Below are positions 12,001 to 24,286 of a stretch of DNA of 64,000 nt, in pieces. Position 1 is the stretch's first letter. The number at the start of each line of letters is the position of its first letter. The notes under the pieces were generated by a model, which worked only from the letters and a program-made list of their open reading frames with translations, was not told the origin of the DNA and did no database searches. Source of the stretch: Klebsormidium nitens (taxonomy: Eukaryota; Plantae; Klebsormidiophyceae); assembly GCA_000708835.1 (NCBI GenBank), contig DF237167.1, forward strand, positions 1 to 64,000. Direction: 5' to 3'. A program made the position numbers and the translations under genes.

Positions 12001-15000
12001 GACAGAGGCACTCAGGGGGAACTACTTCAGAAAGGAACGGCAAACAATCATGCAAGGTACGGTGATATGGAATGCCAGAGTCAGGCGACTGCGCAGGATA
12101 AGGGCACCCTTTACACTGTAAGGATAGTGAAGGAAAAGTCTGTGATTCGATTCCGGACGGTCGAGATACAAAACTACAGTTTAGAACGTGAACGAGGTCC
12201 GGCTAGCAACCCCTTGAAAGCACCCTCACACGAAAGTTGAACCACGTGAGCTCGAGACTGGGGAGGATTAAGAACGAGAACAGAATGTCCCACATATAAC
12301 GACAGAGACAAGGGAAATGCCAGCAACCGAGTTTGAGAAAGACGGCCAGACGTCCAGGCAGTTTTAGGGCGCACCTGAAAGGCGACGTTGGCAGGAGCAA
12401 GATTAGGGGCAGCCTGGACTGCGGGCAACTTGGCGGGCAACGGGAACCCGGGGTCGTTGGGGCTGAGTGACTCCACGATCTCAAAACCTGGAAAGGACGG
12501 AGAGAAGCAATTTTAGGAAAGAACTTTCCGATTGTTGTGGAAGGGAGGGTTAGAGAAGGAAGCATGCTGTTTCCAAGCAGAACAGTGCCAATGGATACAG
12601 ACAGACGCCGACGGGTTTGCTCGGATTCACGTGGTAAGAAACCATAGGTTCTCTTTGAGTAACCGTTCGACTTCGTGGCCTGACGGCGACACAAGTGCAC
12701 AAGAACCAGCTGAACGGTCGCCTAGAATCTACGGGATCTCGGAAGCGAATTGGGGGCCAAGGTAGAGGAAAACCTTTACTGGAAGAGTTGCAGTCTCCTC
12801 TCATAGAGGCCTATAGAGCAGAGCGTTCGCTAAAGGGCGTCTGCAATCTGAAATATGAGGGTTGCTAGGTGGCATATCAACAAGACAATGGGTGCGCCCG
12901 CTACCTGGGTCCGATAAAGTTCTTCCAATGATGAGATTGAATGATCAACAAGCACAGGGTCCATTTACCCCTCGCTGCAGGGGGATTATTATAAGGAGGA
13001 AGAAGAACCAGAAGAAGAAGACAAAAAGGAAAAAAACGAAGAAGGAGAAGAAGATGAACAAGAAAACTGACGACGACAGCAAAGGAGAAGAGTTAGGACC
13101 CTCGTGAGGTGCGGATGAAGGTCCCTGCAAAAAGGAACTCTCGATATTCGTTAGTGACAAAGGGTTTCGTCCGCTGCTGTAGACTTCGAACCCCCAAGAT
13201 AAAGGCGGCCAGGTTGGATACGAACAGACCAAGACTCCCGCAAACACTGAGAAGTTCTGGTCGCATGGGCCTACCTTCGTCTTCAAAGTTGTCCCAGTCC
13301 TCGTCCCAGTCAGCCGCGCCGGAGTTGGCGCCATCCGTCCAGCCTGTGACAAAACGATTGCAGTCAGGAAACACCAACAGACTTCCCTAAAAGAACAACT
13401 AGATTGGGAAAGGGTCTCAGGCTCAGTGCCTGCTCCCTGGAGCTACGCAGCTTGCTCGAAGTTGGCTGTCGTCTTCGTTCAGCAAGCAATTGAGAGGTCA
13501 AAGAGGTCAGGGTGTGACAATGGTGTTTCCAGACGCTGCATATAAAAATAACAATTTTCAACAATTTTCATTGTCGGCCAAAGACACCAAGGTGCGAGAT
13601 ATGAAGAACCTCAACAGGATCCTGAATCGACGAGTCCCCCTGTCTTCGAGCTTCCTCTGCCACCTGCACGGTCCCTCGATGGAAAAGTCTAATGCCAGAA
13701 TTACCGACTGCAATACCAAGCAGGAAGCGACTTTCCGGAAGAGTACATTCCGCCACAGGTTCTACTTCTCACACTCAAGAAGCCAGGCATGAAGCTACCT
13801 AACCTACCCAGTACATCGCCAAAAAGCCCAAACCTTCAAGGCGCTGTACAACTATGCAGCAACTTATTGAGCACATTATCCATGCGGCTATCCGGCCACA
13901 CGCAATAATCAACACTCGCCGGACTGTCGCCCGAAGGTTTGACAGCACGTGCCTTTCTGAGCAACCATACCACAATGGAACCGCCGCTAATCTGTCCCCC
14001 GGCAAGACTGTTCCCGACTCCTCAGCACTTGATAAAGTAGCACACATGAAGAAAGAGAACTCACCAAAAGCGCTCCCTTCAGAAGCGGCCAGAGACGGCG
14101 CGGCCCCCGCCAAAACGAGGGGCCCCTGGGGGGCAGCTGGGAGGGCAGCCTGGACCCCCAGTTTGGTGGCACGTTCCACGGCCGCGTTGCGGAGTGCGTC
14201 GATCTCCGCCAATATCGTGTTGACCTTCTCCTGCAATTCAAAGGCTTCAAACGTTCAAACCCTGGTAACTTCTTTTCATTTTCGGCTTGTCTTATGAGTT
14301 CTGTGCTCCACGGCTGCGTTGCGGAGTGCGTCGATCTCGGCCAGGATCGTGTACCTTCTCCTGCAAAATAAATAGAGTGCATATCTTCAGATACGAGTTA
14401 CTTCCTGAGTTCCTCCTCAGCAAACCTCTCTGGATTTCCTTTCGTTCCACTCAAGGAACAATCTGCAGAAGACCACTATCAAAAGAACGATTGGATCTTC
14501 CCACCTGGACACTTGTGCTTAGGTCAGCGCCCGCCTCAAGTGCCGCCACCGCATTGAAGAGCAGCTTTTGGGCCTGGAGGGCCCGTTGAAAATCCTTCGT
14601 TGAGATCCCTTTTTGACATATCTTTTTGAAATCAAGAAACAAGCACATCGCAAAATACGAAGTCGATCTTCCCACCTGGACACGTGTGCTGGCATCTCCA
14701 CCCCCCTCGAAGCACCGCCACAGCACTGAAGAGCTTCCGTTTCTGGTCCTGGAGCGTTTTCAAAGGCGCCTCTAAATTTTTCATGCCTAGGTCCAAAAGA
14801 AAAGCATAAAAGATAACGATAGACCAATTTTCTCACCTGGACAATCGTGCTAGGGTCAACGCCTGCCTCCAGGGTCGCGACAGCATTGAAAAACCCCAGC
14901 TTTTGGTAAAGAATTTACTCAATCCTATTGCTCAAGTCCAGAAAGGAAGGAGATTGCAAAGGAAAAGGTGATAGACCAGTCTCCAACCTGGACACGTGTG

Positions 15001-18000
15001 CTGGGGTCTGCGCCCGCCTCAAGTGCCGCGACCGCATTGAAGAGCTCCAGCTTTTGGTCCTGGAGCGACTTGAAGAGCGCCTCCTCTTGCTGGAGGCGGG
15101 AGGCGGTCTCGCCGGTCGACTTGTACTTGCCGTCGTACTTCTTTGCCAAGTCTTCGACCTGCACGGTAAAGATACGGAGTCGTTTTAGCAAATCCATATT
15201 GACTTCGTGGAGACTGATCTGGGTTTGCTGACAAGGTCTCCACCTTGGCAAAGGTATCCCGAACGGCTACTTGAGCGGTTCACTTCAGTTACGTTGCCTC
15301 AGTAAGGAAAATGACTATTTCTTTCAGACCAAGAATTAATGGTTAATCGCTTGGATTGAAATCACGTCGCCGTACCTCCTTACGAGTGTTTCGACCTTGG
15401 GAGTAGAGGAACTGCAATTTTGAGAGACAGCTGAACACTCAAGCGCGATCGAAGTGTTGAAGACGTAGAATCAGGCAAAGGCTTCGACATAGACCTTTCT
15501 TAGGAGTGCTCTGTTCTGAACCGGCGAAATGCGAATTGAAAGGTAGCGAGTCAATAAGAAGCGGTCCCCAAACGTTCGACTCTCATTTAGAGGCAAAAGC
15601 AGACAAGGGGGGCTACGTTCATCAAAGCACTCGCCTCTTATAAAAACAACAGAACCACAAACTATTGGCAGCAATTGACAACGATCTTTCTCAAAGAAGT
15701 TGTGTTTTGCAGCGGACAAGATGTGAACCGACAGGTAGCAAGTCAATGCGAAGCGTTCCGAAACGACTTTTCACTGACAGCAGAAACCGGAGTGAAGGCA
15801 CGGAGCTAAGTCCATCAAACAACTCACATAAGCCAAACCGGAAACAACCCAACGTACCTCTTTCTTGTCCAGTTCCACCCGGTCAGAAATCTCGGCCAGG
15901 CGGTTCTTGCACTTGTTTTCAAACAGGATCTGCAAAGAAAAGTGCGGATAAATCCTCTGGATGCGCACGAAATGCACACCGGCCTCTAGCGATCGCTTTG
16001 CAGAGTTGATAAAGCACCTAGCACTTTTCCAGCTCGAAAGAGAACAGAAATCAGGCAGTTCCAATCAAAACCTAAATGGGAACGCTCAAAAGATGACTCG
16101 GACACACTGGAAGACGCGTTTCTGCCAGACGTCCCTTGAAACCTTTCCGGACTCGAAGCAACACGTTTCGACTGACAACACATTCTGACCACCGACACGT
16201 TCAAATCGACACCATTGGACACAATAAACACGGAGTCGCCCTGTCGTTGAACAGCTAAGATGAATCCATGCCCTGACTTTCTCTCAAACAACAGAAGACA
16301 ATACGAGCACTATCGATGACGGGACGCCACCTGCTCGGTGACAAGGGCACTTGGTGCTCAGCAAAAGTTCAGCGGATGTGTCATTTGGACTTCAGGTAAT
16401 CCACAAGGAAGTAGCATATGAGCACACACGCAGTGATTCGCTTACCAACTCCTGCATCTTGTCTCTGTAGAACTCGGTCTTCTGTTTTGCGTCCAGCAGG
16501 TCTGTCTCCATCTGCCAGACCTGCGAAACGCACAGGATAGGGTCTCTAAATAACGGTGTGCGAGTCAGGATAGGAGACTCGTTTGCATGGCGCATGTTGC
16601 AGCATGTTATTGTAATACAATCCTTTCTGCCCACTTTAATCAGAGACCTTGAGCCAAATTCGAGGAGCTTCTGATGGACTCCGGATGTCCTCAACAACCA
16701 TATTTGGTCGCTCAAGAACCACAAACAAAGCACCATATAGGCTACGAACAAGTTACGGAAGTAAGCAGGAAAAAGCTCGCGAGTACGAAGGAGACCAAAG
16801 AGCGAGATAAAAAGGTAGCAGTCCACGTGACCGCGCCTCTACGCCGTTCAAGTCCTGGTGAAGCCGGGATGTGACAAACAGCAAAGTACAAGCATCAAAA
16901 GATGATCGACTACACTGCTCTGGTTCCCACCTTCTTTTGTCACCCCTCCACTCTTGCAGTAATGCTTCCTGATTGTCGTTCTTTACGTGGCTGACGAGTG
17001 TCACCTCAAGGTCGGTACATACCGCAAGCGGACCGGGTTCATAAAGCAGTAACCAAACACCACGTGGACAATCAAAAACCTGGAACTCACCTGCTTGTCA
17101 ACTTCTTCCGTGGTCTTCACTCTGCTGTTAAACATCTCCTGCTCGTCCCTTGCCAGCTGTTTCACACTTCCTAAGCCCGCCTTCGGAATCGTCAACGAAT
17201 CCCTGAGAACCAAAACTACACTCGGTGCTCTGTTGCTCACCTGCTTGTCAAGCTCTTCCGTGGTGTTTACCTTGCTACTGTCCGATTGCCGCTCGTCCCG
17301 TCGCTGCCTCAAAACGTTCGGGTCCGCTTTCGGCACCTTAAGCTCAAACACAACCAAGCCTCTTGCCAAGAACCATTTTGAAAAATTGAGGGTTGTAAAA
17401 GACGACCCCGCTCATGATCTTTGATCTCACCTTCTTGTCAAGCTCCTCCGTTATTGTTTGGCTCCTGCTCATCCCTCGCCAGCGGCCTGAAACTTCTGAT
17501 TCCGCATTCAATCCAGTGACCGAACCCCTCTCAGGAGTACCACAACAGGAAACCACCAAGCAACCAAGCAAACTCACCCTCTTGTCGAGCTCTTCTATGA
17601 TTGGCACTTTGCTGTCAATCAGCTCCCGCTCACATTTTGCCAGCTGGCTAACGAATTTCGAACCGCCTTCAGAACTGAAGACTCAGTGCATACCAGTCTT
17701 GAAAAGAAATAAATTCTAATGACGAAACCCAGCACCACACTCACTGCTTCAGTCTCACCTTCTTGTCAAGCTCTTCCGTGGTCTTCACTTTGCTGTTGAT
17801 CATCTCCTGCTCATCTCTTGCCAGCTGTCTCATGACGCTCGGGTCCGCTTTCGGCGCCTTCGGCTTGAACGGCCCCAGTTCCTCAAACGCATCCCCCGCT
17901 TTCTCTTTGGGGGGCTCCACCGGGGGGGCTTCGTGCTGACGGGGGGGGAGGGGGTAGGAACGCCCAGCATGGCGGACCCCCCCGGAGCGGCCCAGGGGGC

Positions 18001-21000
18001 GTGCTGCGTATCGGCGATGGCAGCTTGCGCGGCGGCAATTTGCTGCGCCGCAATCTGGGCGCGGGGGTCGAGAGGGGGCTCGTCGATGTGGATACCTGCA
18101 AGGCACGCGGTAACTTTCGGATCAATCATCAGCACTCCTAGAAAAAAAGAGTCGGAGCTTTCTTTGCTAGAGGGAAAGAGACCAATTTTCTGCTGAGAGC
18201 CCCCTAATCAAGATTGAAACCGGTCTATCGGCCACTGGTAATGCATTTGGGATACAAGTTTGAGAAAGGACTAAACCAGCAGCATGCTTTCCACAGAAGA
18301 TGTAGGTACCTTTACAGATTGCCCGCAGATCGGAAAGCATGGGAGCAACGCTGCCAGAGAGGAGCCAGACGGAATGAGAAAGACTAGCTAATGGGAAAGG
18401 AAGCAATGTTTACAGATCCGTTGGAAGCACCAAGGCGGCCTTCGCGGGTCTTCTCCATGAATTACCAGCGCGGCGGAGATGCACCCAATAAGCATCCAGT
18501 CGGCGTGGTTTGTAAGAAGTAGTGAGGTAGATAAACGATAAATAAACGTGTTTCTAGGTAAACCTTAGTGATGCTCTTCGATTCTTGAATAAGATGCTGC
18601 AGTGTTGCCGATAACGGGATATGCAGCTTACCAACGGCAGAGATGACAACCGACGACGAACAAAGCCAAAGCGAGACAGAAAGGGCTGGCCAAACAAAGA
18701 GCAAACTGGGACTGGTGCTTACCCGTCGGGAGGACGGGAGGGAGCGGGCGCCCTTCGCGGGACTTCTCCATAAGGTACAGGGCAGTGCAGAACTCGCGCA
18801 CAGAGAGCATGCCGTCCTGGTCCTGGTCTGACAGGTCCCAGATCTGCTTCAGAATCTCTGCAACACAGAAAAACATTATTCGTTTGCTTTTATCCTTCAG
18901 GGTAACGCATTCTAGGTTGAGTGCGTTGCAGAACCGCGCACAGAGAGCAGGCTGTGCTGGTCCTCGTCGGACAGGACCCAGACCCTGCGTCATAATTGCT
19001 GCAAACAGCAGGCGCCGCAGGTTCAGCATGGGCGCAGAAGACAGGAGAAGCGAAGTGGCTACTCGTAATTTCCAAAAGGACAAAAATAAGCAGAGCAGGA
19101 AGTCGTAGACCGTCTTGTTGCGTTGGCAGCATGTTGTTTCGTGTCTGAGAGGATCCTAGTCGCTCAAGTCCATGATTGCGTCAGGTGACTCAGGGTCACT
19201 GAGCTACACAAAAGGTCAGTGAAGACGAAAGATAGCAGGCTTGAGGTAGACTCAAAAGAAGCGTACTGAAATTAGCGAAAGTGGAAACGATCCACTGCCG
19301 AATCCTCCCACAACCATTCTTCGGAGATTCGTGACGATCTCTGAGGGAAGCAACAAGAGAGGCAAGATAAGCAGCGGAGCAAGATCAGGCTGAACGACCC
19401 ACTGCTTGCCTAGACAATTGCAGAAGCAGCAGGATGGAAGTCCAGACACAGTCGAACTTTGCAGGTACTCTATAAAAGACGCTCTTCGCTGGGGGGATGC
19501 AGGTAACCTTGAAAGACCCTAGCTTGAAGCTTATGCAATTTACAGGGAGTCGAAGTCACTGCACAGCACATCTCTACGCTAAGCTGATCTTGTGTGACTC
19601 CTTGACTGAAAGCAAGAAATTCTTCCTATTCACAAGCAACAAGAAACTGACCTCTAGGGATGCCCCAGCTGAGGAACAGATCCCGCGCCTGCTCCCCGGT
19701 GATCTTCTGGTCCCTATCGGTGTCCACGCTCGTGAAGACTTGCATGTAGCGCTGTGCGTCCTGAGGAGTCATTCTCGGCCACGGCTGCGCCGCATAGCTC
19801 CCCTGAGGCGGGGCAACCCCTCCTGCTGACTGCGGGGGGGTTGCCGAAGGGGCAAAACCTGCCCCCCTGGGCTGGGACGCCGGGCCTTGCGGAGGAGCGC
19901 CGCCGGAGTAGGGGGCCAACGCGCTGGCGTTGAAGCCCCCCTGGAAAGACGCCTGTCAATAAACAAAGGAGAGTGTCGAGTGTCAGAAAGTGCAAAGCTC
20001 TTCTTTGGTGCATTCAGACGAGCTCAACCTGCATCCTAGTTTACCAGGACCGACGCTGGAAGATTCATTCAGCAAATCTCAGCCCAGGCCGCGTTCGCAC
20101 CGCACCAGCTTCTGATAGAAGTAGTCAGGTTTAAAAAATCGGTGATGCAGGAATTGCAGAGCGCAAGCTTGAATCCTTTCGGCAGGTCTGCACCTACATC
20201 TCGCAAAGACACAAATCTGGACCTGCAAGAAACGCAACTTTCTGTACTTCAACTTGGTAAGAAACATTCTATCTGCAAATAGAAGTGGTATCATGATCTG
20301 CTGTCAGAACTCTACAGGAACGGAAATGACTTATACTAAAAAGAGCAAGTCATAAAACGTTGTCCCTAGTAGCAGCTTCGCAGACAACTTCGTATACTGA
20401 AGAGCCCGCTCTTTGACCATAGTCACGGAAAATGTGATCTCGTCAAAATTTGAGGACAGCCCAGGAAAGGCGCTCCCTTAAAAAGCGCTCGATTTGCAAC
20501 CCCCTTCCTGGCCCCTCTCTAGTTGGACGAGCTACGGACGCGCATCTTCGAGGAGCGTGTAAACATGCGGGAGGAGGGCGCGCGTTTGCGCACGCGCGCG
20601 GAGGCGGACCCCCGGAGACGCGGCGAAAGGAGGAGCACCGACGGCAGCCGGCGGTCGCCGCAAAGAAAGCTTGTTGATTCTGACTCGAACGATAAGCCAG
20701 GTCATGGAAAGCTAAACTCACTGGCGCCTGGGGCTGACCCGCACGGCCCCCTGCGGGGGGCACATCAACACCGGGGGCTGATACTGGCCTGGCACCGGCT
20801 GGGGCCTTACCCCCCTGGAAGCTACCAGCAGCGGAGGCGAAGTCGCCGCTTCCTGCACTCCCGTAGCTTGAGGTTGAGGCAGCGGGTTTCAGGGGTTCCG
20901 CAGGGCGAGCAGCACTGAAACCTGCAGATTGAAAAATTCGGTCTGGAACTGGGTAATGTAAACTCATGCCACTGCTCATATGATTGTGGAAAGCGCGTTG

Positions 21001-24000
21001 CTGGTCTAAGTTGGTCAGCCCTGCAGGGCGACCCGCACTGAAACCTGCAGATTGACGGGTTGGGTTGAGAACTGGGTAAGGTAAACTCAACCCCTGCTTA
21101 TGAGTTTGTGGGAGGCCCATGTGGAGTCTCAGACTGGCTTTAAGGGGTGTCGGGGCCCCGATTTTGCAGCGACCCATTTGCAGCAATTTGCCTATATTTC
21201 CGCCACGAAAGTACCCAAAGTTTTACGGGCGGCAGCTGCCGCCTGGGGCAAAACAAAGCTGTCGGCATCGTGCCCCTGACAGAAGAAGTACGCGTCGCAG
21301 ACGCCCCATCTGACCACGAAACGGGCATTATTAAGGAGTCAAGTCAAGAAAGACTTGGGAGGGAGTCAAGGGCCCTGTGGGCGAAAAGGTCGTCAACAGT
21401 AAGAAGCGAACCGGAGCAGGTAAGTATACACCCCGAAGTAATGTCACTGCTGCTTCAGAAAAGAGACAATCAGTCTATGCTCCTTCATCAGAAAGGTGCC
21501 CCAAGTAGTGCAGCTATCAACGAATCCGGCCAATCTGTAGATCTATCTGCCAGCCCGAGGGTGGCAAATCAATGTCCGAAGTTGGCTGTTTCCCCACCAA
21601 ACTTGAATTTGAAAAAGTAAGGTAAACAATCTTCAAATGGATAAACGCTGTGGCAAAGAAAACAGGCTTTGATAATTACCTGCACCGGCGCCAAACGCAT
21701 CATTTCCGAAACCAGCGGGGGGGGCAGATTGACTCGGAGATCCGGGGCGCTGGAAGCCCCCCGACTGCTGAGAAGGAGGCGGGCCTTGTGGGGGTCCCGA
21801 TTGCGGTCCTGGTGGGGTAAGTCCTGAGAAAAAAAGATGGGAGTTCCGTCAGAACAGGGCCCTTGGTAATCGGACTCTGACGTAGACGCAGTTGTGAAGC
21901 TGAGTGTGGGAAGGTGCTGACCAATTCCACTGTTGATGGCCAAGGGCTTGCGAACGTTCGTTTGGTTGGTCATTGATGAGAGGCTTGTAGGCTGACGATT
22001 TTACAGAGAGGCATCTACTATTCACCAGCAAGCTTTAAAAGAGCAGATGATTATGGAACAAAGGCAAATATGGAAGGAAATTGAGAAACAAGATTGAGGA
22101 TTTGAAGATCTAAACAGTGTTTAGAAGAGAAGATTCAAAGGCAGGCCCGAGTCCGGCAGGCAGTCGGTCGGCTTGATCAAAAGCAGCAGCAAAGGGACTT
22201 GGGAGCTGCGGAACTTGCGACCCTCAGAATCAGAACAACAGAACGTCATGGACGAGCAATCTGAGAGTGACATGCGCATAGTAGCAGATGTAAAAGTACA
22301 TACGAATGTAGTCCTGCCAGTCTTTAGACGAGAAGACGTTGCTCTGCTATTCTTGGGGCCGAATCTGAGGACCTGCCCCTGTCAGCACAACCCTCAAACG
22401 ATGATTAGTTACTCGTGACTCAGAGGCAATCACACGTGACCAAAGACAGATTATCCAGGTAAGAATGAATGCTACTGTCTCAGCCATCAAGATGACACGA
22501 ACTGCACCTGCTATTCTTGGGGGCAGAAATTGGGGACTGCCCCTGTCAGCACAACCCTCGAACAATGGATAGTTACTCGTGACTCAGAGGCAATCACACG
22601 TGACCAAACACAGATTAAGCAAGTAAGAATGAATGATACTGTCTCAGCCTTTACGAAGACAAGAACTTCACCTGCTATTCTTGGGGGTGGAATCTGGGGG
22701 CCCGCCCCTGTCAGCACCATCCTGGCAATATCGGGGGTCAGGTCCCGGCCGCTCTGTGCGACCGTGACGAGCTTGAGCGCCGCATTGAATTCCCGCCGGT
22801 CGAGGAAACCGGTTTGTCCCTGATCGGCAATCTGCCAAATCTGCAAACATTGACCACACACATTTCAATGCTCTGCCTCCATTGATGTGAAAGATTGGCC
22901 GTTGGAAGTTTGAGAAACCGTTCGCCCCTGGGTTGGCGATCTGCCAAAACATACAAATTTACAAAAGTTGAAGAATCAGTGGAATGCATTCATTTGCTCT
23001 GCAAGGTTGGACGCTTGGAAGTTTGAACAATGATTTTGGCTCTCTTAGGCACTCTGCACGACTACCAAAGGTACACAACAAGTGCAGCGCGTTCATTCAG
23101 TGTGAGCAACTGGGCGCTTAGAAACTGAGGGATCAGCATGCCCTAGGACGGCAATCAACGAAGCACACAAGGAAAAGCAATAGAGGAACACATTGACGAG
23201 CTATTCTGAGTAAGGGGTTGGAGATATAAAAGACACGTCTTGATACTGATGAGCAACTTGCCACCTCTGCAAAAAGTGCATGCATCGAAGCAGCCAAAAA
23301 GTCCCTTTGTCTCCGGCTCATTCCCTTTTCACAAGCAACACTTTTTGAGGACTCCGTCTACCAGCGATTTCTGCATTGACTTCCAAGGGACTGCTTAAAG
23401 GCATGCTTCAAATATCGACAAGAAACTTTTGCACCCCAGTCAACCCTTGCAATTGGATCTGCAAGACGAGCACTGCGCAACCCTCATTTGCAAATTGGAA
23501 CACCAGATTCTGGGTAATCCAGGTGTTGCAAGACCTCAAGGTAAAGTTTTTTTAAACCAGCCCCACAACCTCATCATCTGCACCACATTGCTTCTTGAAC
23601 CCTAAACAAAGAAAGTAAAGTGAAAACAGATCGACAGGGGGTCTCTTTGTCATGGGCATATAAACGTGCTTCTGCAGGACATGATCAAGAGCAGTGACAG
23701 TCATGGACGAGGAAGGGCTCTGTACATCTTAGGCTTTCTGGGTTGAAGCAATCAAACAAATGCAGAATGTATCCAAATTGATTCAGTCGAAACCTTGAGC
23801 TCCCTCGAGATGACTTCACATCTCGCATTGTTGTGATTATCAACCCAGACCACAAAACTTGTACGCGCATCCACAACAAAGAAATTATCATCGTGAAGCT
23901 GGCTCTGGAAGCAGAGGCCTGACTTAGAGGCCATGTCCAAGCAACCCAACCTGATGACGATGCACACCAGATTACCCGATGCATACAAAATTCTGTAAAA

Positions 24001-24286
24001 CCTGCACAACTGTGATACTGAGTTGCAGCTCATCATCCGACCAATCCAAACAGCATAATTCAAGCGCGACCACATGGTGGCCGAATCGGTCTTCAGCAAT
24101 TCTGATGACCATCCTCAAAACAAGTATGAGTGATCGGCCCGCTTTGCAAGCAATAACCCCTACCTTAGCCAGAGTCATTTGAGGCAGTCCACTCTTCTGG
24201 AAGAACGCGACGGCCTCCCCGCCGCTGATCTTGCCATCTCGATCAGCGTCCGCAATCTGAAAGAACTGCTCCCACAATTCCGCCAT
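9050..24286 (-). CDS. EH1/Pan1: EH-domain (Eps15 homology) endocytic protein, AtEH/Pan1 (TPLATE complex)-like, ~935 aa; exons 24164..24286, 22672..22840, 21680..21823, 20722..20921, 19652..19952, 18723..18857, 17759..18095, 16446..16520, 15858..15929, 14988..15158, 14065..14230, 13275..13343, 12375..12487, 11473..11654, 10081..10383, 9050..9296
   Basis: EH1: MAELWEQFFQIADADRDGKISGGEAVAFFQKSGLPQMTLAK|IWQIADQGQTGFLDRREFNAALKLVTVAQSG. EH2: WPRMTPQDAQRYMQVFTSVDTDRDQKITGEQARDLFLSWGIPR|EILKQIWDLSDQDQDGMLSVREFCTALYLME. Followed by a coiled coil (TEFYRDKMQEL, NRLAEISDR), DWDEDWDNFEDEG|FEIV and C-terminal DAWSAFD*. All GT-AG phases are consistent once 1 nt is added in a homopolymer near 17925. A further small exon near 21215-21275 is possible. 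Confidence 0.92.
10515..10870 (-). repeat. Three decayed tandem copies of the acceptor and start of EH exon 10081..10383
   Basis: The plus-strand motif GGAGGACTGGCCGGAGGTGTCGGCC of the real exon (~10330) recurs diverged at ~10520, ~10690 and ~10835, with adjacent intron sequence also similar in the first copy. Confidence 0.8.
14300..14365 (-). repeat. Decayed copy of the acceptor and start of EH exon 14065..14230
   Basis: TTTTGCAG|GAGAAGGTACACGATCCTGGCCGAGATCGACGCACTCCGCAACGCAGCCGTGGAGC vs the real TTGCAG|GAGAAGGTCAACACGATATTGGCGGAGATCGACGCACTCCGCAACGCGGCCGTGGAAC; the copy carries a 2-nt deletion. Confidence 0.9.
14500..14905 (-). repeat. Three decayed tandem copies of the 3' end and donor of EH exon 14988..15158
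   Basis: Real exon end KLELFNAVAALEAGADPSTRVQ|GT recurs as KLGFFNAVATLEAGVDPSTIVQ|GTGAG (~14835-14900), a frameshifted KLFSAVAVL..DASTRVQ|GTGGG (~14673-14765) and KLLFNAVAALEAGADLSTSVQ|GTGGG (~14502-14590). Confidence 0.9.
17085..17605 (-). repeat. Four decayed tandem copies of the 3' end and donor of EH exon 17759..18095
   Basis: Real KADPSVMRQLARDEQEMINSKVKTTEELDKK|GTGAG recurs as IIEELDKR|GTGAG (~17575), TITEELDKK|GTGAG (~17430), KADPNVLRQRRDERQSDSSKVNTTEELDKQ|GTGAG (~17240) and KQLARDEQEMFNSRVKTTEEVDKQ|GTGAG (~17090). A fifth, very degenerate copy is possible near 16930. Confidence 0.9.
18910..19012 (-). repeat. Decayed copy of the acceptor and start of the EH2 exon 18723..18857
   Basis: TTTGCAG|CAATTATGACGCAGGGTCTGGGTCCTGTCCGACGAGGACCAGCACAGCCTGCTCTCTGTGCGCGGTTCTGCAAC vs the real TTGCAG|AGATTCTGAAGCAGATCTGGGACCTGTCAGACCAGGACCAGGACGGCATGCTCTCTGTGCGCGAGTTCTGCACT. 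Confidence 0.85.
20880..21110 (-). repeat. Tandem duplication (~125-bp unit) spanning the acceptor of EH exon 20722..20921
   Basis: TTACCCAGTT..TCAATCTGCAG|GTTTCAGTGC..CGCCCTGC occurs twice, with AG acceptors near 21047 and 20922. Confidence 0.85.
22340..22950 (-). repeat. Tandem copies (~165-bp unit) of the EH exon 2 end and donor, plus one copy of its acceptor
   Basis: Plus-strand CCCCTGTCAGCAC at ~22377, ~22540 and ~22706 (real). One copy keeps AGAATAGCAG|GTGCAG and the other has lost the GT. Upstream, TTTTGGCAG|ATCGCCAACCCAGGGGCGAACGGTTTC (WQIANPGANGF) mirrors WQIADQGQTGF. Confidence 0.85.

Noticed and set aside
12945-13110. ORFs rich in Phe (minus) or Lys/Glu (plus), looking like a TM protein or acidic tract
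   Set aside because: A purine-rich low-complexity tract in an EH intron; no consistent start, splice phase or domain.
14500-17605. Regularly spaced repeats suggestive of a CRISPR-like array
   Set aside because: The repeats are diverged copies of coding exon ends in a eukaryotic intron, the 'spacers' are related to one another, and there are no cas genes.
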